The notes: generated by a model not told the origin, from the letters alone. Positions 35,192-50,474 are shown, counted from the whole stretch's first letter. The stretch is 63,647 nucleotides of DNA, filler included, from Klebsormidium nitens (GCA_000708835.1; 10 parts of 10 records of this genome joined end to end with filler, not necessarily neighbours in it), one strand, 5' to 3'. Numbers and translations are program-made.

Positions 35192-38100
35192 ATGGCAGAG
35201 TTGCAAAGGGCTTACCCGACCACTGCAGCGGACTACAAGCTTCATGAAGAGATTGGGCAGGGAGTCAGTGCGGTAGTGTACCGGGCGACATGCTTGCCGT
35301 ACATGGAAGTTGTGGCCGTGAAGGTGCTGGACCTGGAGAAATGTAATAACAGCTTGGTAAGGTTGATTCTGTGATATTTGATTTATCAGTTTACCTCTCC
35401 ATTCTAACTGAGAAGCTTGCTACCTCTCTCTTTGCTTACCAACCTGGGCCCAGGATCAGGATTCCCACTTGAATGTGGAACACAGACATGCAACGATTAG
35501 TTTTACTTTGGGCACTGAACATCATTGTATGCACCTATTGTGCTTGGACGGTGGCGGGATAAGTGAGAATGGCTGACAATGTCAGCATCTTCATCTCAAA
35601 GCTGATGTTGGCTGGAGGGCACATATTTAGCAACGTTGCTCATCTGAATTCTGAGTTGCAGCATTGGCAAGCAGATGTGGTGCGAAAGATCAAACTATAT
35701 TTTTCTACATTGGTTAACGATTAAGAAGATCCTCTGCATTTGGATATTGCACTGTCTGCTGTTAGTGGGAGACGAAGTTTTGGTGCCTTTACCTCATACC
35801 GAAGAATCTCAAAAGATCTGGACGGAGTGGAAGAGATTGCATGCAGTGATCACCACTGAAGAAGATCAAGTACAGGGCCGAAAAATCCGCATATCTTGCA
35901 ATGCCATATCATTCTCGCAGCAGATAATGTTTGCACTTGTCATGCTGAAGCGCCAGCAGATTCGTTCAACGGGTTCTCTTTAAGCTGAACTCTTTATCGT
36001 TCAGACTCCCTGCATTGTCAAGACACACAATTCCAATTGCAAGTCAGGAGATTTGGGTCTGCACCTTTTGGGAGCAGATTTTCGGGGCCATTTCTCCAAG
36101 GTTATGCCGACTTGTTAGGTGCATGTGTTTCCACCCCTAAAATGCCGTTATGTTCAATCGTATTAGCTGACAGAGTGTTGTTTGCAACAGGATGAGATCA
36201 GGAAGGAGGCTCAGACTATGAGCCTGATCAACCACCCCAATGTGGTCAAAGCATACTGTTCGTTTGTGGTGGATGTGAATCTGTGGGTGGTGATGCCTTT
36301 CCTGGCCGGAGGATCCTGTCTTCACATCATGAAGGTAAGAAAAAGCAGTATGTCATTCTAGTTATCTACTTGAAAAAGCAGTATGTCATTCTTGTTATCA
36401 AACTAACACAACGAATTGACCCGCTTCAGTGTTAGTAAGTCTACGCATTTCACCTGATCTAGAAGGGTGCGACGGCGATATCTTCATTTTACAACTGGGA
36501 TCAGAGAATGTACGCTACGGATCTGAGTGTTTGCTCTCGCTGAAGCACAGAGCAACATGTATGTCAAGTTGCTGGGAAATCCTTGGCCTCTGCCAATTTC
36601 GATTCATATTTTTGCCTATAAATGGCATGCTTACATGCTGTGCAAACAACTCGTGTCAATGGATTGCTGGTGAAAGCGCTCTGCTTGTGCAGTCTGCTTA
36701 CCCAGAGGGCTTCGACGAGCCAGTCATTGCCACGGTCTTGAAGGAGACTCTGAAAGCCCTGGATTACCTGCATCGCCATGGACATATCCATCGTGACGTC
36801 AAGGTAAGAAGAGCCCAGAATTTCAGTCTGATGCTGTCTCAGAGTTGGCTTTTCATAAACTCGACCCTTGCTTATAGCTGGCTCGGAATGTGTGTCGAGG
36901 GGTAGCATTCTCAAAGAAAGAGTACTGCTGCTTTGTGCTGCTCACAGCAATGCGCAATCCTCATTCGCGCTGACTGCTCAACTCAAGGTGGACGTTTGTT
37001 CGCTCTCAGGTCTGCAGTTCTTGAGGGATTGCCCGGAAAGTTGCGAATGCTGATAATCTGCTCTTATTTGCAGGCTGGCAACATCCTGATCGACACCAAC
37101 GGGACAGTGAAGCTTGCAGACTACGGGGTGTCTGCCTTCATGTTTGACAGCGGGGACCGTCAGCGCAGCCGGCAGACGTTTGTCGGGACGCCCTGCTGGA
37201 TGGCACCCGAAGTCATGGAGCAGGTAAAGAGCCTGAGCCAAGCCCTTCGGTGTGAAAGCTGCAGGCCGTATGCTGATGCAGATTCTGGGGGCCAAGAAGC
37301 AGCTCTTTGGTAGGAAGCGAAAAGTTGAAGCAGCTTGTTCACGTTGTCCTTTCCATGTTGATTTGCGGTGGCAGGTGTTTTTGTAAGGCGTCAAGACCTG
37401 ACACCCAAGTCTCGCTTGCCGTCCATTGTTGGCACCTCTTGCATAAAGCACCATAGGAAGTTGTGAAGATGCTGAGAATTGTGCCTGCCTGTCGTAATAG
37501 AAGCTGTCCACCGTTCTGCAGGTTCATGGTTATGACTTTCGAGCGGACATCTGGTCTTTTGGGATCACAGCACTCGAACTAGCACACGGGCATGCCCCGT
37601 TCTCTAAGTATCCGCCGATGAAAGTGCTGCTCATGACGCTCCAGAATGCCCCCCCTGGTCTGGACTACCCCCAAGACAAGAGGTTTTCCAAGGTCAGTCA
37701 AGTCGGAGTCTCATGTCGAGCCTTGTTTGGGGAACCTTTGACACAATTTTCTTGCGAAAGCAGTCTTCCACACATGCATTAGCGTACGATGTTTTGCCGG
37801 ACAAATTCAGGCAAGCACCATTTGCTCCATCGTTTTGCCAGACTAGGTCTTCCAGAATCGGCGATGCGAACATGCAGGACCCTGTGCGCAGTTGTGAGCT
37901 GATATGCGTCTATAAAAGTGCTACCTGTACTGTGTCTTAGGCAGCAGGAGCTCTCAGGATTACTCTCGCTTTTGTGTACGGACTCTAGATCTTGACTTTC
38001 GCTTGTTGGAATCGCTGTTGCTTTGTTGATTCATCACACAGCCCGCGTGCCCTGCAGTCTTTCAAGGAGCTGATTGGTCTCTGCCTGGTGAAAGAGCCCG

Positions 38101-41100
38101 GCAAGAGGCCCACTGCCGAGAAGCTCCTGAAGCATTCCTTCTTCAAGCATGCCAAGACCGCTGACTACATCCAGCGCCACATCCTGGATGCTCTCCCCCC
38201 CCTCGGGGAGCGGGTCAAGAACCTCAAGGTTAGTATCTTTACCAACTTCATGTTGCGCACAGTATGCGCGCTTTCATGTGACCCGCCCTGCCTTTCTAGA
38301 CTTCTTGCGAATCCCAAAGCTTCTTTGCGGATCCAGAAGGCTAGTTTTCAGACGAACCAGACAAAGGGGTCTTACTCCATAGTACATGGGGCAGCAGATT
38401 TGGGATGTCCAGAATCGATGGAGAGGCGTAAAAGTAGGAGGCTTTTTGGTTTCTTTGGAGTTCGTAAGCTGCTGAAGCATAGCAGTTGCATCTTTATAAG
38501 CAGGCCCTCACGAGACAGGGTCTCCCGTTGTGCTCGTAAACATCTTGCTTTCATCGGATAAGTTTTCTTGAAGGCCATATTCTTGCTCGTTATGTTGTCT
38601 GCCAAAAGGCAAAGGTGCAGTACTTCGCTTTTGGGTCCCACCTCTTGATCTCGCACTTTCTGCTTGGTTGTTGGATGCTTTCTCCTAGTCATGCTGGTCT
38701 TGACAAGTCTGGGGCAAGTGATGAAGACACACGCAAGTTACACGAAGGCTGGTGCGTCCAGTCTGTGTGTGTACCTTATGGTGAATTCTGCCTGATGCTC
38801 CATTCTCGTCTGCATTTGCACTTCATTCTGAGAACGTTTCAAGTTTGGAGGTTTAAATTGTGTACTGAAGACGAGCTGCCGCTGTCGCAGATGTTCACGT
38901 CTGGAAGAAGTTCACCTGTATCCTCGCAGAACTGAAAGTGATGGTCACCGATTGCAAGTCTTTCAGACAAGCACAGGCATCAAAGTGGTTGTGATTGGGC
39001 GGAAGAGGATTGATCTATCCCGAATAAGCGAGTTGTGGGAAAATGAAAATCCTGCTGATTATCGCTTTCCTGCCATAGCTGCAAAGCTTGATGTCGGGAA
39101 GGGTCCAAAACCAATTTCCTGCATTCAGGGTCATTGTCTAACCAGCTTATGATCCGTCCAGCTTGGGTGGCCAGCGCGTGCCTCCACGTTCCTTCAAACC
39201 GGGTCTAATGCCCAACTGCTTTTTGATCTTCAGGCCAAAGATGCCGCTCGCCGCGCGCAAGCCAAGATGCCCATGATCGAGCAGGAGGAGCGCTCCAACA
39301 ACGAGTACAAGCGGGGCGTCAGCGGGTGGAACTTCGATCTGGACGACCTCAAGGCGCAGGCCGCTCTCGTGAGTATCATCAATGACCTTCCTGGTGTGTC
39401 GGGCATGAGGGTCTTAATGGTATCCCTGCAGATGGAGGCTTCTTTTACCTTGGGCGAGGAGTAGGGTGCAGGCGGTTTTCATAAGTACCAAACCGACCAT
39501 CCATAGTGCGTTGGACCTTGGGGGTTGTGGGCGCTATGTAGGTGGGGCTTCCGTCACCTTGGGTCGTAGATTGCGGTGCCAGAGAGAGATGTCACAAAGC
39601 TGCGGGTTGTCAATCTGGTTCGGTGGACAGTCCAGCTTCTTGGTCCCTACCACAAGAGCTCAGACAGCTGCCTCGATCCGAATGAGTCCGTGAGACCTTT
39701 TTTGAGGATGGCACTGGCGAGCAGATTCTGTGGTGATAGCAGAGACACTGGGTGTCGATGCTGCGGATTGTCATCATGTGGTAACCACAAATCAATTGGG
39801 TAAAAAGCTTGCTAACAAACTCTCTTGCTGGGGCCCTTACCTCCTATGCGTCTATCCACGAGAATGAACTTGGAAACTGATGCTAGTGGTGCACTTAAGG
39901 AAAGCACTGCTTGCTTTATGGTCGACTTTCTTCGTATACCCCTTACTTTGGCAAAGGAAACATTTTGTTGAGCATCTCTATTCTTTGTCAGATGGAGGAC
40001 GACGAGCCTCCTGCCAGAGACGACCGCAGCCGACGGACCTCTGCCGCAAGCGTTGACGAGTATGAAAGGTGCGGAACCATCTTGCAAAGCGAGCCGCCCC
40101 AATCCAACTGAAGTTCTGAACTGTTGATCTGCGCATTTGAAAGTTGGAAACTTACCAGCTATACCACAGGCTTGGAGTTGGAAGGGAAGCATCTTAAAAC
40201 CTCAAAACTGATGTGCAGACTGGGAAGTCTTATAACATGTATCAACCAGTGTCTCCGTTGCCTGCGACATACGCTACAGGACGTCAGTAAAGTCAAATGC
40301 CTTGGATAGCCCTCAGGAAGACATCCCCCTTCCACACCTGCAGGGAGTCGCCTCCCGTTTCTGCTGTCCCCACTCCGTCGGCTGAGCGAGAGGGCGCTCG
40401 CTTCACGGACGTGCCCCTTCCCAGTGCGCTCTCGGGCAAGTCGGGCCCCTCGGGCCCCTCGCTTAGGGGCAGCGCGAGCGACAAGGAAATGAAGCCGCTG
40501 TCGTCCACCTCCCAAAGGGAGAAGCCCAAGAACTTGTAAGTCACAATACAATTTGTGATCGTTGCCTCTCTTGAGGATCGTGAGGTGTAATTGCCGGCAG
40601 CGATGTAAACTGCTCCAGGGTGAATATCAGTCCAGCTTTCCAAGGGAGAAGCTCAAGAAGTTGTGAGTATCGTTGACGATTGAGCAACCTGTTTCGCTGC
40701 CGTGCTCTTCAGTAGCATGATGTAGATACCTGTCTCTATGTATATGTGCTCCAGGGTGGTTGATTTGGTATTCAAGGCTGTGGTTAACCTTGTCAAAGTG
40801 CTATCGAAGTACGATTCGCAACGAGGGCAGTGCTGCGGCCGTTAAAATTTTCGGTGGCATCAAGTATTAGCGGGTTGCTTAGACATTTCCCTGCGTAGAA
40901 AGTAGTCTTCTTACGGACGCCATTGCTTGTGGTTGCAGCTCAGGACCATTGCCCATGGGCAGGAAGGAGCCGAAGCACGTGTGAGTTGCCACGTATCTTA
41001 CATGCCATTGCATCTCGTTCAACCTCTCCGCTTTTAGAGATACGCCTTTTCTCGGTTCGTTTGCAAAAGGATGAGAACCTTGGATGCGCTCTAACACATT

Positions 41101-44100
41101 CTGTCGTTAACGTGGATTCTAACCTTTTTGAATCTGGTTTCAGCCGAGTTGCAGAAAGTTTTATATTCAACTCGCAAAGACCGTCAACTACAAGCAAAGC
41201 TTTCGAAAGGGCTTCCACCACCACCTTGGAAATGGGCATTTAACTGCTCTCTGATCCCGTAGCACGCTCAGACGAGCCACCGTTTTTCTTTCAGGGGCCG
41301 CTTTGACGTCTTCGAAGACGACAACGACACCAGTCCCGACTACCGGGCTCGGGACCGCGACCGGCTAGCAGCCACGATTGGCCCCACGGACCGGCTCGGC
41401 GGTTCCAGCAAGGACCGTTCCGGCGACAGGGGCTCAGCGGTTGTCGGGCCGAGTCTCTCGATGTCGCGGGATCGTGACAGGTACGGAGTCCTTCGTCATT
41501 GTTTTGTTGTGCCCACTGTCGGTTAGTGAAAGATTATACTGTTGTGGTGTCGCTGATTGAGGGTGTGCTCATTTGCTTCTCTCTCACGGGTTTACAACTC
41601 TTCATTCGAATGAGAAGCGTTTCAGGAAACGGCACAGAATGAGCTCCTATCTGCACTCTTGACTGAGAGGCTTTTCTATTTTATCCAGATTGTGTTTGTC
41701 TTTGATTCGATGCACAAGCTCGATGGTACATAGAGGATCTGCGATCCTGTTCTATCGCTGTTGCTCCTTATCGTTGCCTAATCAGCCTAATCTATATTTT
41801 CAGGAGCGGTAACGACAGCCGTCGAGACACAGAGTATCGTGCTAGCGAGGTGAGACAGAATTTCAAAACGTTGAAACTGTTAAATACATCCTTGGGTCCA
41901 GGGCGCCAGTTTACATGTACTCTAGAAGCGGGTCCATTATGCAATCTATTCGGGATCATTCTGTCGAATGTCAGCAGTTCAATAAGTTCGAAGGTTCTAT
42001 GATGGGGATTGGGAAGAACGTAGCTGTACATTAACAAGTTCAATAAGTTCGAAGGTTCTATGATGGGGATTGGGAAGAACGTAACTGTCGGATTGTAAAG
42101 GTAGCATAAGCCTATAGCTGCTCTCAGCCTTGAAAGTACGTCCTCTTGAAGATGTCAATTCTTCGAATCTGCTCGTATCTTTGCTGGTTTGCCTCGTAAA
42201 CATCCACCTGACCCAGACGTATTCCTGTTGTTGTGCAGGGTGAAAGGAGGCAAGGTGGCAATGGGGGAACTAGTTCCCGTAGCACATCGAAGGATGGAGA
42301 CGGCAAGCCAGCCCCTGTCGTGCAGAAGAAGGGGAGGTTCAGTGTGTCTGAGGTACGTAGTAGACAAAAAGGAATATAGCCGGTTCTGTGCTGCCTTTTT
42401 GGAATCCGTTTTTCAAGTTCCAGGACAGGCCGGGCGCTCGAGTGGGGCGCCCCTCGCCTAGGGAATCAAGTGTTTGGAAGCTCTTACTCTGGGATGTCCG
42501 AGATGCCGTGTTGTTGAAGTACAAAGCTTTTCCAACTGCGTCAATTCGAGACCTGTCTTATCATCTTCACTCGAAGCGCTCAACTTCAGGGCTTGACGGC
42601 CCTGTCTCCCGGTTATTGTTCGGATCAATTGACCTGATCACTCACTATGAGAGGAAGCTTCCCAACAGACGCTTTCGCTTCATCTGATTTGGAAGTTTCG
42701 TGGGTTTCAGAAGGTTTCAGAAGGTTGCAGAAGCGCACTCAAGGTTCAGACCTGAGATAAGTGAAGGTTTTTACGTCACACTTTACACGCTCAGATCAAC
42801 GTTCTCACATCCTGCGAACGTTTGGCACACCATTCCCGCTCACCCGCCCATTGAAGCCATGTCCATCCCCATTTAGGAAGTGGAAGAGCCGCACATGCAC
42901 AAATCCGCTAGTGTCCCGGACTGGCCTGCCGATCGCGAAAAGGAAAAGCCCGCAGTGCGCTTCGCCCAGACAGTAGCAGGCCCACAGGTATTTGCCCTTG
43001 TATCCCACGACTCACTTTTCAGCACGATTTCGCCAACACGATCTGCCGACATGGGCTTTCTTCACGGGCACTTTTTTACTTCTCGTTTGGTGGTCCGCCC
43101 GAAACGTGCTGCTGCGCATCATCGCCTGTGGTTCGGGCGAGCGGCAGCCGTCTCCTGCTGTTGGTTCCGTTTGTAGAACGGCAGCAACTGAGCGGCCGGC
43201 TTTCTTAGTACCTCTATAGGCTGACCCAAAATAGTTGTCGCCTGTCGTGGTTCACCTTTATTCGTCCCACTCAAGTTGGGTTGGGAGAAGGGGCAACTTG
43301 CCTTGCAGTATACCGCGTGTGCATATTAGGGTATTGATGTAGAGTAAGATCGGATCTGATCATCTCATGTAACAGGTTTTCCTCGGTGAGTATTCAACGT
43401 CTTCTCCTTCGCTTCCGCAGAGCCGCCAGGAGTTGAACGTCCTGGGCGTGAGCACCGGCGGGGAGACGGTCCCCGTGTCTGCGGTGCTGCCCCATCTGCA
43501 GAGCCTGATGCACCACGCAGCAGTCCAGCAGGTACGAGCAAAAGCTTCGACTCTTGGTAAACCATAATCCTTTTTGGATTTTTTTTCATGGATTGATTGC
43601 ATGAATCTCATATCAGCCAGTGACTCTGCTTGTCGTCAAGTGGCCCTTCAACGGGCTTTCCAATTGGATCAGGGTGGTTTCTTCCCCATTTTTGTTGGGC
43701 GCGGTCGAGCTTGTGGATTTGAGCTGGGATTTTGGCTGTCAAACTGACATAGAGTGAGCCCGACTGTGAAGTTTCGATCTTATCTCTGTTCTATCGCATA
43801 GCCGTGTGCTCATTTTCCTTTTAACATCAGAACTCAACCTCAAACTAGGACGTAACTTTGAAAGAATACTTTTGTAAGTTGGGCCTCTCGACTTTTCCAA
43901 GGCGGAACTTGATCCTGTTTCCTCAGACCAGCCTGAGCTCCGCCGGCGCCGTAATCACTCTCCTTTTAGGCAAGAGACACTGAACGCGTCAGGACTTAGA
44001 CGTCACGACGTAAGTTGTGCAGAGCCTTACCTCAGCGGTTTGAGGAGTGAGGATGCAGGCCCCTAGGCTGAGTACGAAATTCTCAACTACAACCCGAAAG

Positions 44101-45265
44101 TCGTACACAAACTCATCAACTCGCTCCTAAAAGACTCCTTATAAACCCCACAGGACGTTGTTCTGGCCCTGATGAACAGCCTGAGCCCGGCCGACCTGCG
44201 CCAGAGTTACACCTCCCGGCGGGACCTCAGCCGGACCGTGAGCGCGGTGTCGGGCGAGTTCTCGCCGCTGGACCTGCCTACCGAGCGCGAGCGCGAGCTG
44301 CAGCAGCAGGTCATCGAGTTGCAGACCAAGTGAGCCGCGCCTAGTTGCCGCCCACGCCAGGCTTTAATCCCCTTCTCACGCCTCTTCTTGCATTTTCTTT
44401 CCTTCCTTGAGAGAAAAAGAGAGAGAAACAGCGGGTAATGGGGTGTAAACGTTCTATGTAGAACGCCAGGGCTGCTCACTGAGTGCCAGCACAAGTTGCA
44501 AAAGCATGTCACCCGGTTGAGACAAATCGCGCTTCGCTTCTTCTGCTGCGTTCGTCTTCGTCTTTCCATTGTTCTGTTTTCCTTCCCTTATTCTGTTCCG
44601 GCTCGTTGCATGTCTTTTTCTCTTCTTGGTCATCACCCGGCAGATGCAACTGCAGGTCATTGAAAATGATAGCCAAGGGCAATCCCTGCTCGGGTAGTGC
44701 GCTCTTTACTGTCTTTGCGCTGTCTTACTCTCTCGCTTCTTGCATCAGTGGCCTTAGCACAGACGGTATGCGAAGCCCGGCTTTTGAAGCTGGCAACAGT
44801 CATGACAGTTATGATCAGTTATTATGATGATGCCCCTCTCGTGATCTCCTTCGGCAGCATTGAACCTTTACTATTGCGCCATGGGGTACTGTAATCTTTG
44901 CTTGTGATTTTGCTGCCGTTCATACTCTGGGCCTTCTTCTTCTTGCTCCGTTGTCCCTTTTCTTCGTGCTATGCTATCTCCTTACAAGAATGTTGCTTCC
45001 TCGATTGTTAGATCCAATTGCAGCCGGGCGCACATTTTCATAGGCATCCGTGGCTAAATCACGGCGGTTGTTTACAGAAAGGCTTTTTGCCTCTTCTGAG
45101 TTTTGGCATGTTTGTCGCACTTGCAGGGTCGCCTCTCTACTTGATGACATCCAGACACTAAAGGGACGAAACGCAGGCCTCGAGCGCCAGCTGAACCAGA
45201 TCCACAACGAAGAAGAAGAGCGAAGGATAAAGGCAGAAGAAGAAGCCGACGCTGACCATCAATAG
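35192..45265 (+). CDS. Plant STE20-like MAP4K kinase (OSR1/SPAK-related; BLUS1/TOT3 group), multi-exon
   Basis: Exons 35192-35356, 36191-36334, 36693-36803, 37074-37223, 37522-37692, 38058-38228, 39234-39368 and more give [64 protein letters not shown], and a coiled-coil tail ending at TAG 45265. Confidence 0.93.
41976..42084 (+). repeat. Intronic tandem duplication of ~48 nt
   Basis: agttcaataagttcgaaggttctatgatggggattgggaagaacgta occurs twice, about 61 nt apart. Confidence 0.9.
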
Positions 45266-46462
45266 TGTTTGTGACGGTCCCGCATGATTTGAAACTAGGG
45301 GCTCACGGACACCTGCGATTCGAAGAAGGTTGTTGCGGTTGTTGTGTGTATGTAAGGAATGGACAGGTACTTACCTGATGTTGCTCGTTTCGGTGGCTGT
45401 TTATGTTCTAACACTGTAAAATACGAAACGTTTAGACTTTATTGATAAATCTTACCGTGTGCCGGGAAGCCTGGCCTAAAAACAGGTTTCACCGACCTGC
45501 TTGCAGCAGGTCTTTGCTAATGTCATTTTGGTATCCATGCTTGGCCCAGGTGTGCCAACGCATCCGACCTGCCTCTAGTACCTTAACCGCAGTTTTCAAA
45601 TGGACGAAGTTCTTGAGGGTAATCCTGGATTGTGTCGCGACACTGTGCATGACATATTGGCATCACGTGCGTGTTATTGCAGGTTTTGTTGTCACATGTG
45701 ACAGACACTCAATGCATGGTGCAACAGTGCATGAAATTGTGTACCAAAATATACTACATACTTGGGTACCGTAAAGTACAGCTTAAAGCAGTTTGTACTG
45801 TCGACTTCTCCCTTGGCCAACATCACAGAAACGTACGCTGGCGTTACTATGTGCGTGCCGTAAGAACCATGATATATAACAAAATGTCTAACGCATCAAG
45901 TTAAAATTAAGTAAAGTGTGGATTTGCATGTATATATGATTCCGGCTTTGCCCTTAGTAAATTCAGTGAGACATTCAGTGACCACAGAAAGCAGGTGTGT
46001 CATGCATGTCCTAATTATATATATATAACTTCTCCGTACTTAAGCCAACAATATGAATATACAAAGCAGTGCGTTGGCCAAGCCAACTCAATGTCAGAAA
46101 GTGAGTGCCACAGCACCTCAAATGTCAATGATACGACCGGAAGCAGCGACCGTGAAGAGATCCCCACGGCCTACGAAACCTGACAACGCCAATGGCCTGG
46201 CACCTAATGTGCTCTGAACTGCTCGCGCGGCTCTATGATGGATAGCTCTGGCCTNNNNNNNNNNNNNNNNNNNNNNNNNNNNNNNNNNNNNNNNNNNNTT
46301 AATTAATTAANNNNNNNNNNNNNNNNNNNNNNNNNNNNNNNNNNNNNNNNNNNNCCTTTGCAAGAGCTTTCCAACCGTATCTCTAACTCAAAAAGTTATG
46401 GAGAATTGCTCCTCCTATCGCAGTTGCTGCACCTCAGACTGGTTGCTGTGCTGTCAAACTCG

Positions 46463-46502
46463 CGCCTCTGCGCCTCTGCGCCTCTGCGCCTCTGCGCCTC
46501 TG
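46463..46502 (+). repeat. 8-bp microsatellite (CGCCTCTG)x5
   Basis: Directly visible. Confidence 0.95.
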
Positions 46503-47680
46503 CAAAGTCACACTCTATATTTAAGCGCGCAGATGGGCTCAGCTGCAGTCGACCGTCAGATGCAACCAAACTGAGCTTTATCGACGGTGGTGAATGTCAT
46601 CGTCGCCAAAAGCTTGCATGCATTGGTTCCGGGCGACATGATGGGATCAGCTAGTTACCTCACAGACTTGGGCAGCGAGCCGGCCGGCAGGCGGGCCACT
46701 CAGGTAACTTGCTCAGCTTGCCTCAGCTCGGCTGCGGGCTCACGTTGGTTTGATCGTTCTATGGTTCAGCATTTTAAGTCAACGTCAAATTCAAGATCAA
46801 GGTATTGCAAAATCTGCATGGTAGAACTTGCACATGGTAGATCTAAAAACATCTGAAGATCAAAGCTTGCCAGCTATATATAGGGCTCTCATATTGTTGC
46901 GATCAAGGAGCACTTCCAATGGGCGGTGGCAGTGCAGTGCAAGTGCAGTGCAATTGTGAGAAGAGTCACTTCACATCATCCCCTGTGCAGTTGCACTCTA
47001 CCAACACGTCTATACTTTCCTCTAGCTCAAATTAACGATTGTGCTGGTTCGTGAAGCATTTACCACAACTACAACGCGGGCTACACCGGGGGTATCAATT
47101 TTTTGTCCCCTGGTGCATGCGTGGCTAACTTCGGTTTTAGGCGCATATCGGGCGCATATACTATTGTTCCAGACGGAAATGTTGAATTGAACTTTTCAAA
47201 GCCAGTCAATACAGCGCTACGGGTAGACCATGCAAAAATTACCAGATACCAATACCAAACAAGTGATGAACGTAGCCAAATTCGCAACTTGTTCCTCCGA
47301 AGTGCACCGCAGGCTGACGCTCCACTTCTCTTGAGGCCCGTCTTGAGGCCTTTGTGTCAACCCTTAGCGGAGTGATGACAACCACGCTCAATGGCCTATC
47401 GGCATAACGATCAGCGTTAGCAGGCGTCTTGGCACCATTGTCAGGTTAAAAATCCACGTGGCGAGGGGATGTATCAGAAATTAGCAAGCGGTAAAGTGTG
47501 TTCGTTGTGAACATTTCTTAACGCCTTTGCAACTCGAAAAATGTCAATCACTTTACGTTACATGTACAGAAGCTCGTTGAATGTTTCAACCGGAAGGAAG
47601 GGTGCAGCGCAATCTACCAAACAAGCGGTCACTGATTCAGGGGCCGTCGCGTCGCTAAAGCTGACCGGCTCGGCAACTCG

Positions 47681-50474
47681 TCAGATCACCCTAGCTTGTT
47701 TCAGACCGTCTATGAGCTCATCGACCGACGAGACAATCCGCCCCCCTTGCCGCTTGGGTGGTTCTTCAACTTTCAAAGTTTCTAATCGAGGTGTGACGTC
47801 AACGCCTAGTTCTTCAGGGCTACGCTTTTCGATCGGCTTCTTTTTGGCTTTCATGATGTTTGGAAGGGTTGCATACCGTGGCTCGTTGAGGCGAAGATCC
47901 GTCCTGTGAATAGCCAGAGCATCAACCAGATCATCGTTGCCTTACATAGGATGGCCATTTTCCGCAGATTAGTCACTTCATATGCATGATCGAAGATTTG
48001 TAATCACAAACTTCAAAGTCTGAAACGGCTTGGAAGATCTTCCCAGATAACGGCGTGGAAAATATCCCCAGATAGATACGACGACCGAAGAGACTCAAGA
48101 AAACCGTCTGCAACCGCTATGACTGTTTGTGGAAGCAATAGCATGCAAGTCTGCACTCGTGAAGAACTGAAGCCGTCGACTCAATTGATGATAGTTAAAG
48201 GAAGATGTGAGACTCTGTCAGGTCTCCAGGACCTCTTTTTCAGATATCTTCAAGAAGAAGCTTAACACTCCGTCACAAAACACAGATTCGCTGTCCTCTC
48301 ACTTACCCTTACCTGCCGTACTGCAGGAAAGTCAGTGTGGTTTGGAACGCATGCAAGGCCACACGTAATAGGTGTCACTTACGTCACAACTGCCGGCAGC
48401 TTCAAACGCAACTTCTCGAGTCCCCCGTCTACCTCCCTAGTTAATGAGAGCGCTTTCGACGCTCCATCTATTTCGACCTGCAAGGCGCCAGCAAACACAT
48501 TCCACCTGGCATTTCAACTTCTCGTTTCCTCGTTGTGAGACGGACTCAGACTCCAACTCATCAGTGAAAGGAGCCGCCCAGTAGCCGACATGCACTTGTT
48601 TAGAACCCAGGGACGAGAAACGGCCTCCGACGAACATGAGAAACATACGAAACGATGAGCAAATCCCACCAAACCCACTAATGCATCGAAGCTCAGAGGC
48701 AATCATCACCTCAAAGTTGCCGTCAGCAACACTGGAGCAGAATGATTCGATCGGTAGATCTTGCTTTCACAACTTGTCGTCAAAGTGGACGAGGAACCAA
48801 CGTCTGAGTCACCGGTACACGGCAGAGAAGCCTCCCACCTTGGACGCAAATGTTCCTTGGGGCCACCGGAGGAGCGCCGCGACCATCTGCCCCGTCTGGT
48901 TGCAGTCGTCATCAATAGCCTGGAGCGAGGACGGCGGACTCAGTTCTTGAAAACGAAGTGAAACCCATGCGAGATACAGACGGTTGAGCCACTTGCTCGA
49001 ATAAGAGCAACCTATGGAGGCAGGGCTGGTCCTGACCGTTACAAAACGTTTTGTCTCGGGTCAGAGACTAATCAAACGATCTTGCAAGCCTTAGAAGATC
49101 CAAAGAAGGTGATTTGATGATCTACAGGATGCCCTTATGTTCCCCAAAACTTCACACTTACAGGAACCTTGGGAAATGCAAAAAGGAGAGAGCGTACGCC
49201 ACCTGTTTCCCTAGCAGCAATAAGTCCGGGTTCTCTTTCTCAACGAGTTTTGCAAGCAGCTTGGCAACTGCAAGCGGCTGCAAGTCGGCTTCCGTGTTGA
49301 CGTGCACTGCACGGTCCGCTCCCATCGCTAGCGCAGTTCTCAGCGTGTCCTGAAAAGCACAGAGAAAAGATGTTGTCCACCAGTTGACATCGATTCCCAG
49401 GAACTCCATTGGACAGGCAAGTGTAGAACCTGGGATGCTGAATTACAGTTCGGTTATCACGGAGAACGTGACGATGAGGGAAGAACTGCAAGGAGCACTA
49501 GAGTAGAGTGGAGCAGAAACAAAGCGACACTGGAACTACAAAGCCTATTTGTCTTTGATCTAGCTGAAACACTTTTGGCCAAGCTTCTCCTTAGCTTCTA
49601 GAGGAGAAAGGTGGGACGGTTAAGTGGGACGGTTTCGGACGCACACCAGATATCATAGGGCCATACTCCTAGCTCCTTGCAAGATGTTTGTAGCCAACTC
49701 TTGTCAACAAAGCCACTGCATAGCCGCTTGTGTTTAAAAGCAGCAATGAAAATAGGTCTTGGACCATCTACAAACCTGTGTTGAGCCCCACTCATTACAT
49801 GCAGACTATACGGTCGCCATGAGGGTTCAAAGGCTGGCCTCTTCATGGGGCATTTGAGCTCACTTAGAAGGACGAGGGAGCTTGCAAGTTCCAGTAGGTG
49901 CAAAACTGATTGTGCAATTCAAAGTGGTCCAACAAGAAGCGTGGGGGGGAGCTCAACAATGATTTAAGAAAGATAAGGACCTCACCTGGCACTGTGCGGG
50001 GCCCATGCTGACTGCCACAATCTCTGTCGCCACTTTCTTCTCCTTCAGTCTCACCGCCTCTTCAACCGCTATCTCGCAAAAGGGGTTCATAGACATCTTC
50101 ACGTTTGCTTTCTCCACCCCCGTCTGCAGCAGATGGCATAGCTTTCATCAGCAAGAGTCCAGATGAAAGTTTATTCGCCATCACCTTTTTTCCTGATTCA
50201 GTGATGCAAGTGTATGTAGTCTCGCATACATATTCTGAACATCAGATATAATCAAAACAAGTAAGCACTTTGTCCTTCATGAAAGATAGGCTTATTGTAA
50301 AAAGCAGCTCAGAAGGTGGTGCAAGGACCAGCAAGACAATCAGCCTTCAAATGTTGGGCATCTAAGCTAGACCGTCATGATGATTTAAAAAGTACTTGAG
50401 CTCACCTTATCTGCCTTCACACGAATCTTTGCTGCATAGTCAATCACTCTCTTTACAGCTACCAGAATCTTCAT
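47681..50474 (-). CDS. ETFB: Electron transfer flavoprotein beta subunit (mitochondrial), multi-exon
   Basis: Exons encode [105 protein letters not shown]. Confidence 0.95.

Noticed and set aside
35675-44894. Many 60-190-aa ORFs inside the MAP4K locus
   Set aside because: Intronic or shadow frames with no motifs; explained by the spliced kinase gene.
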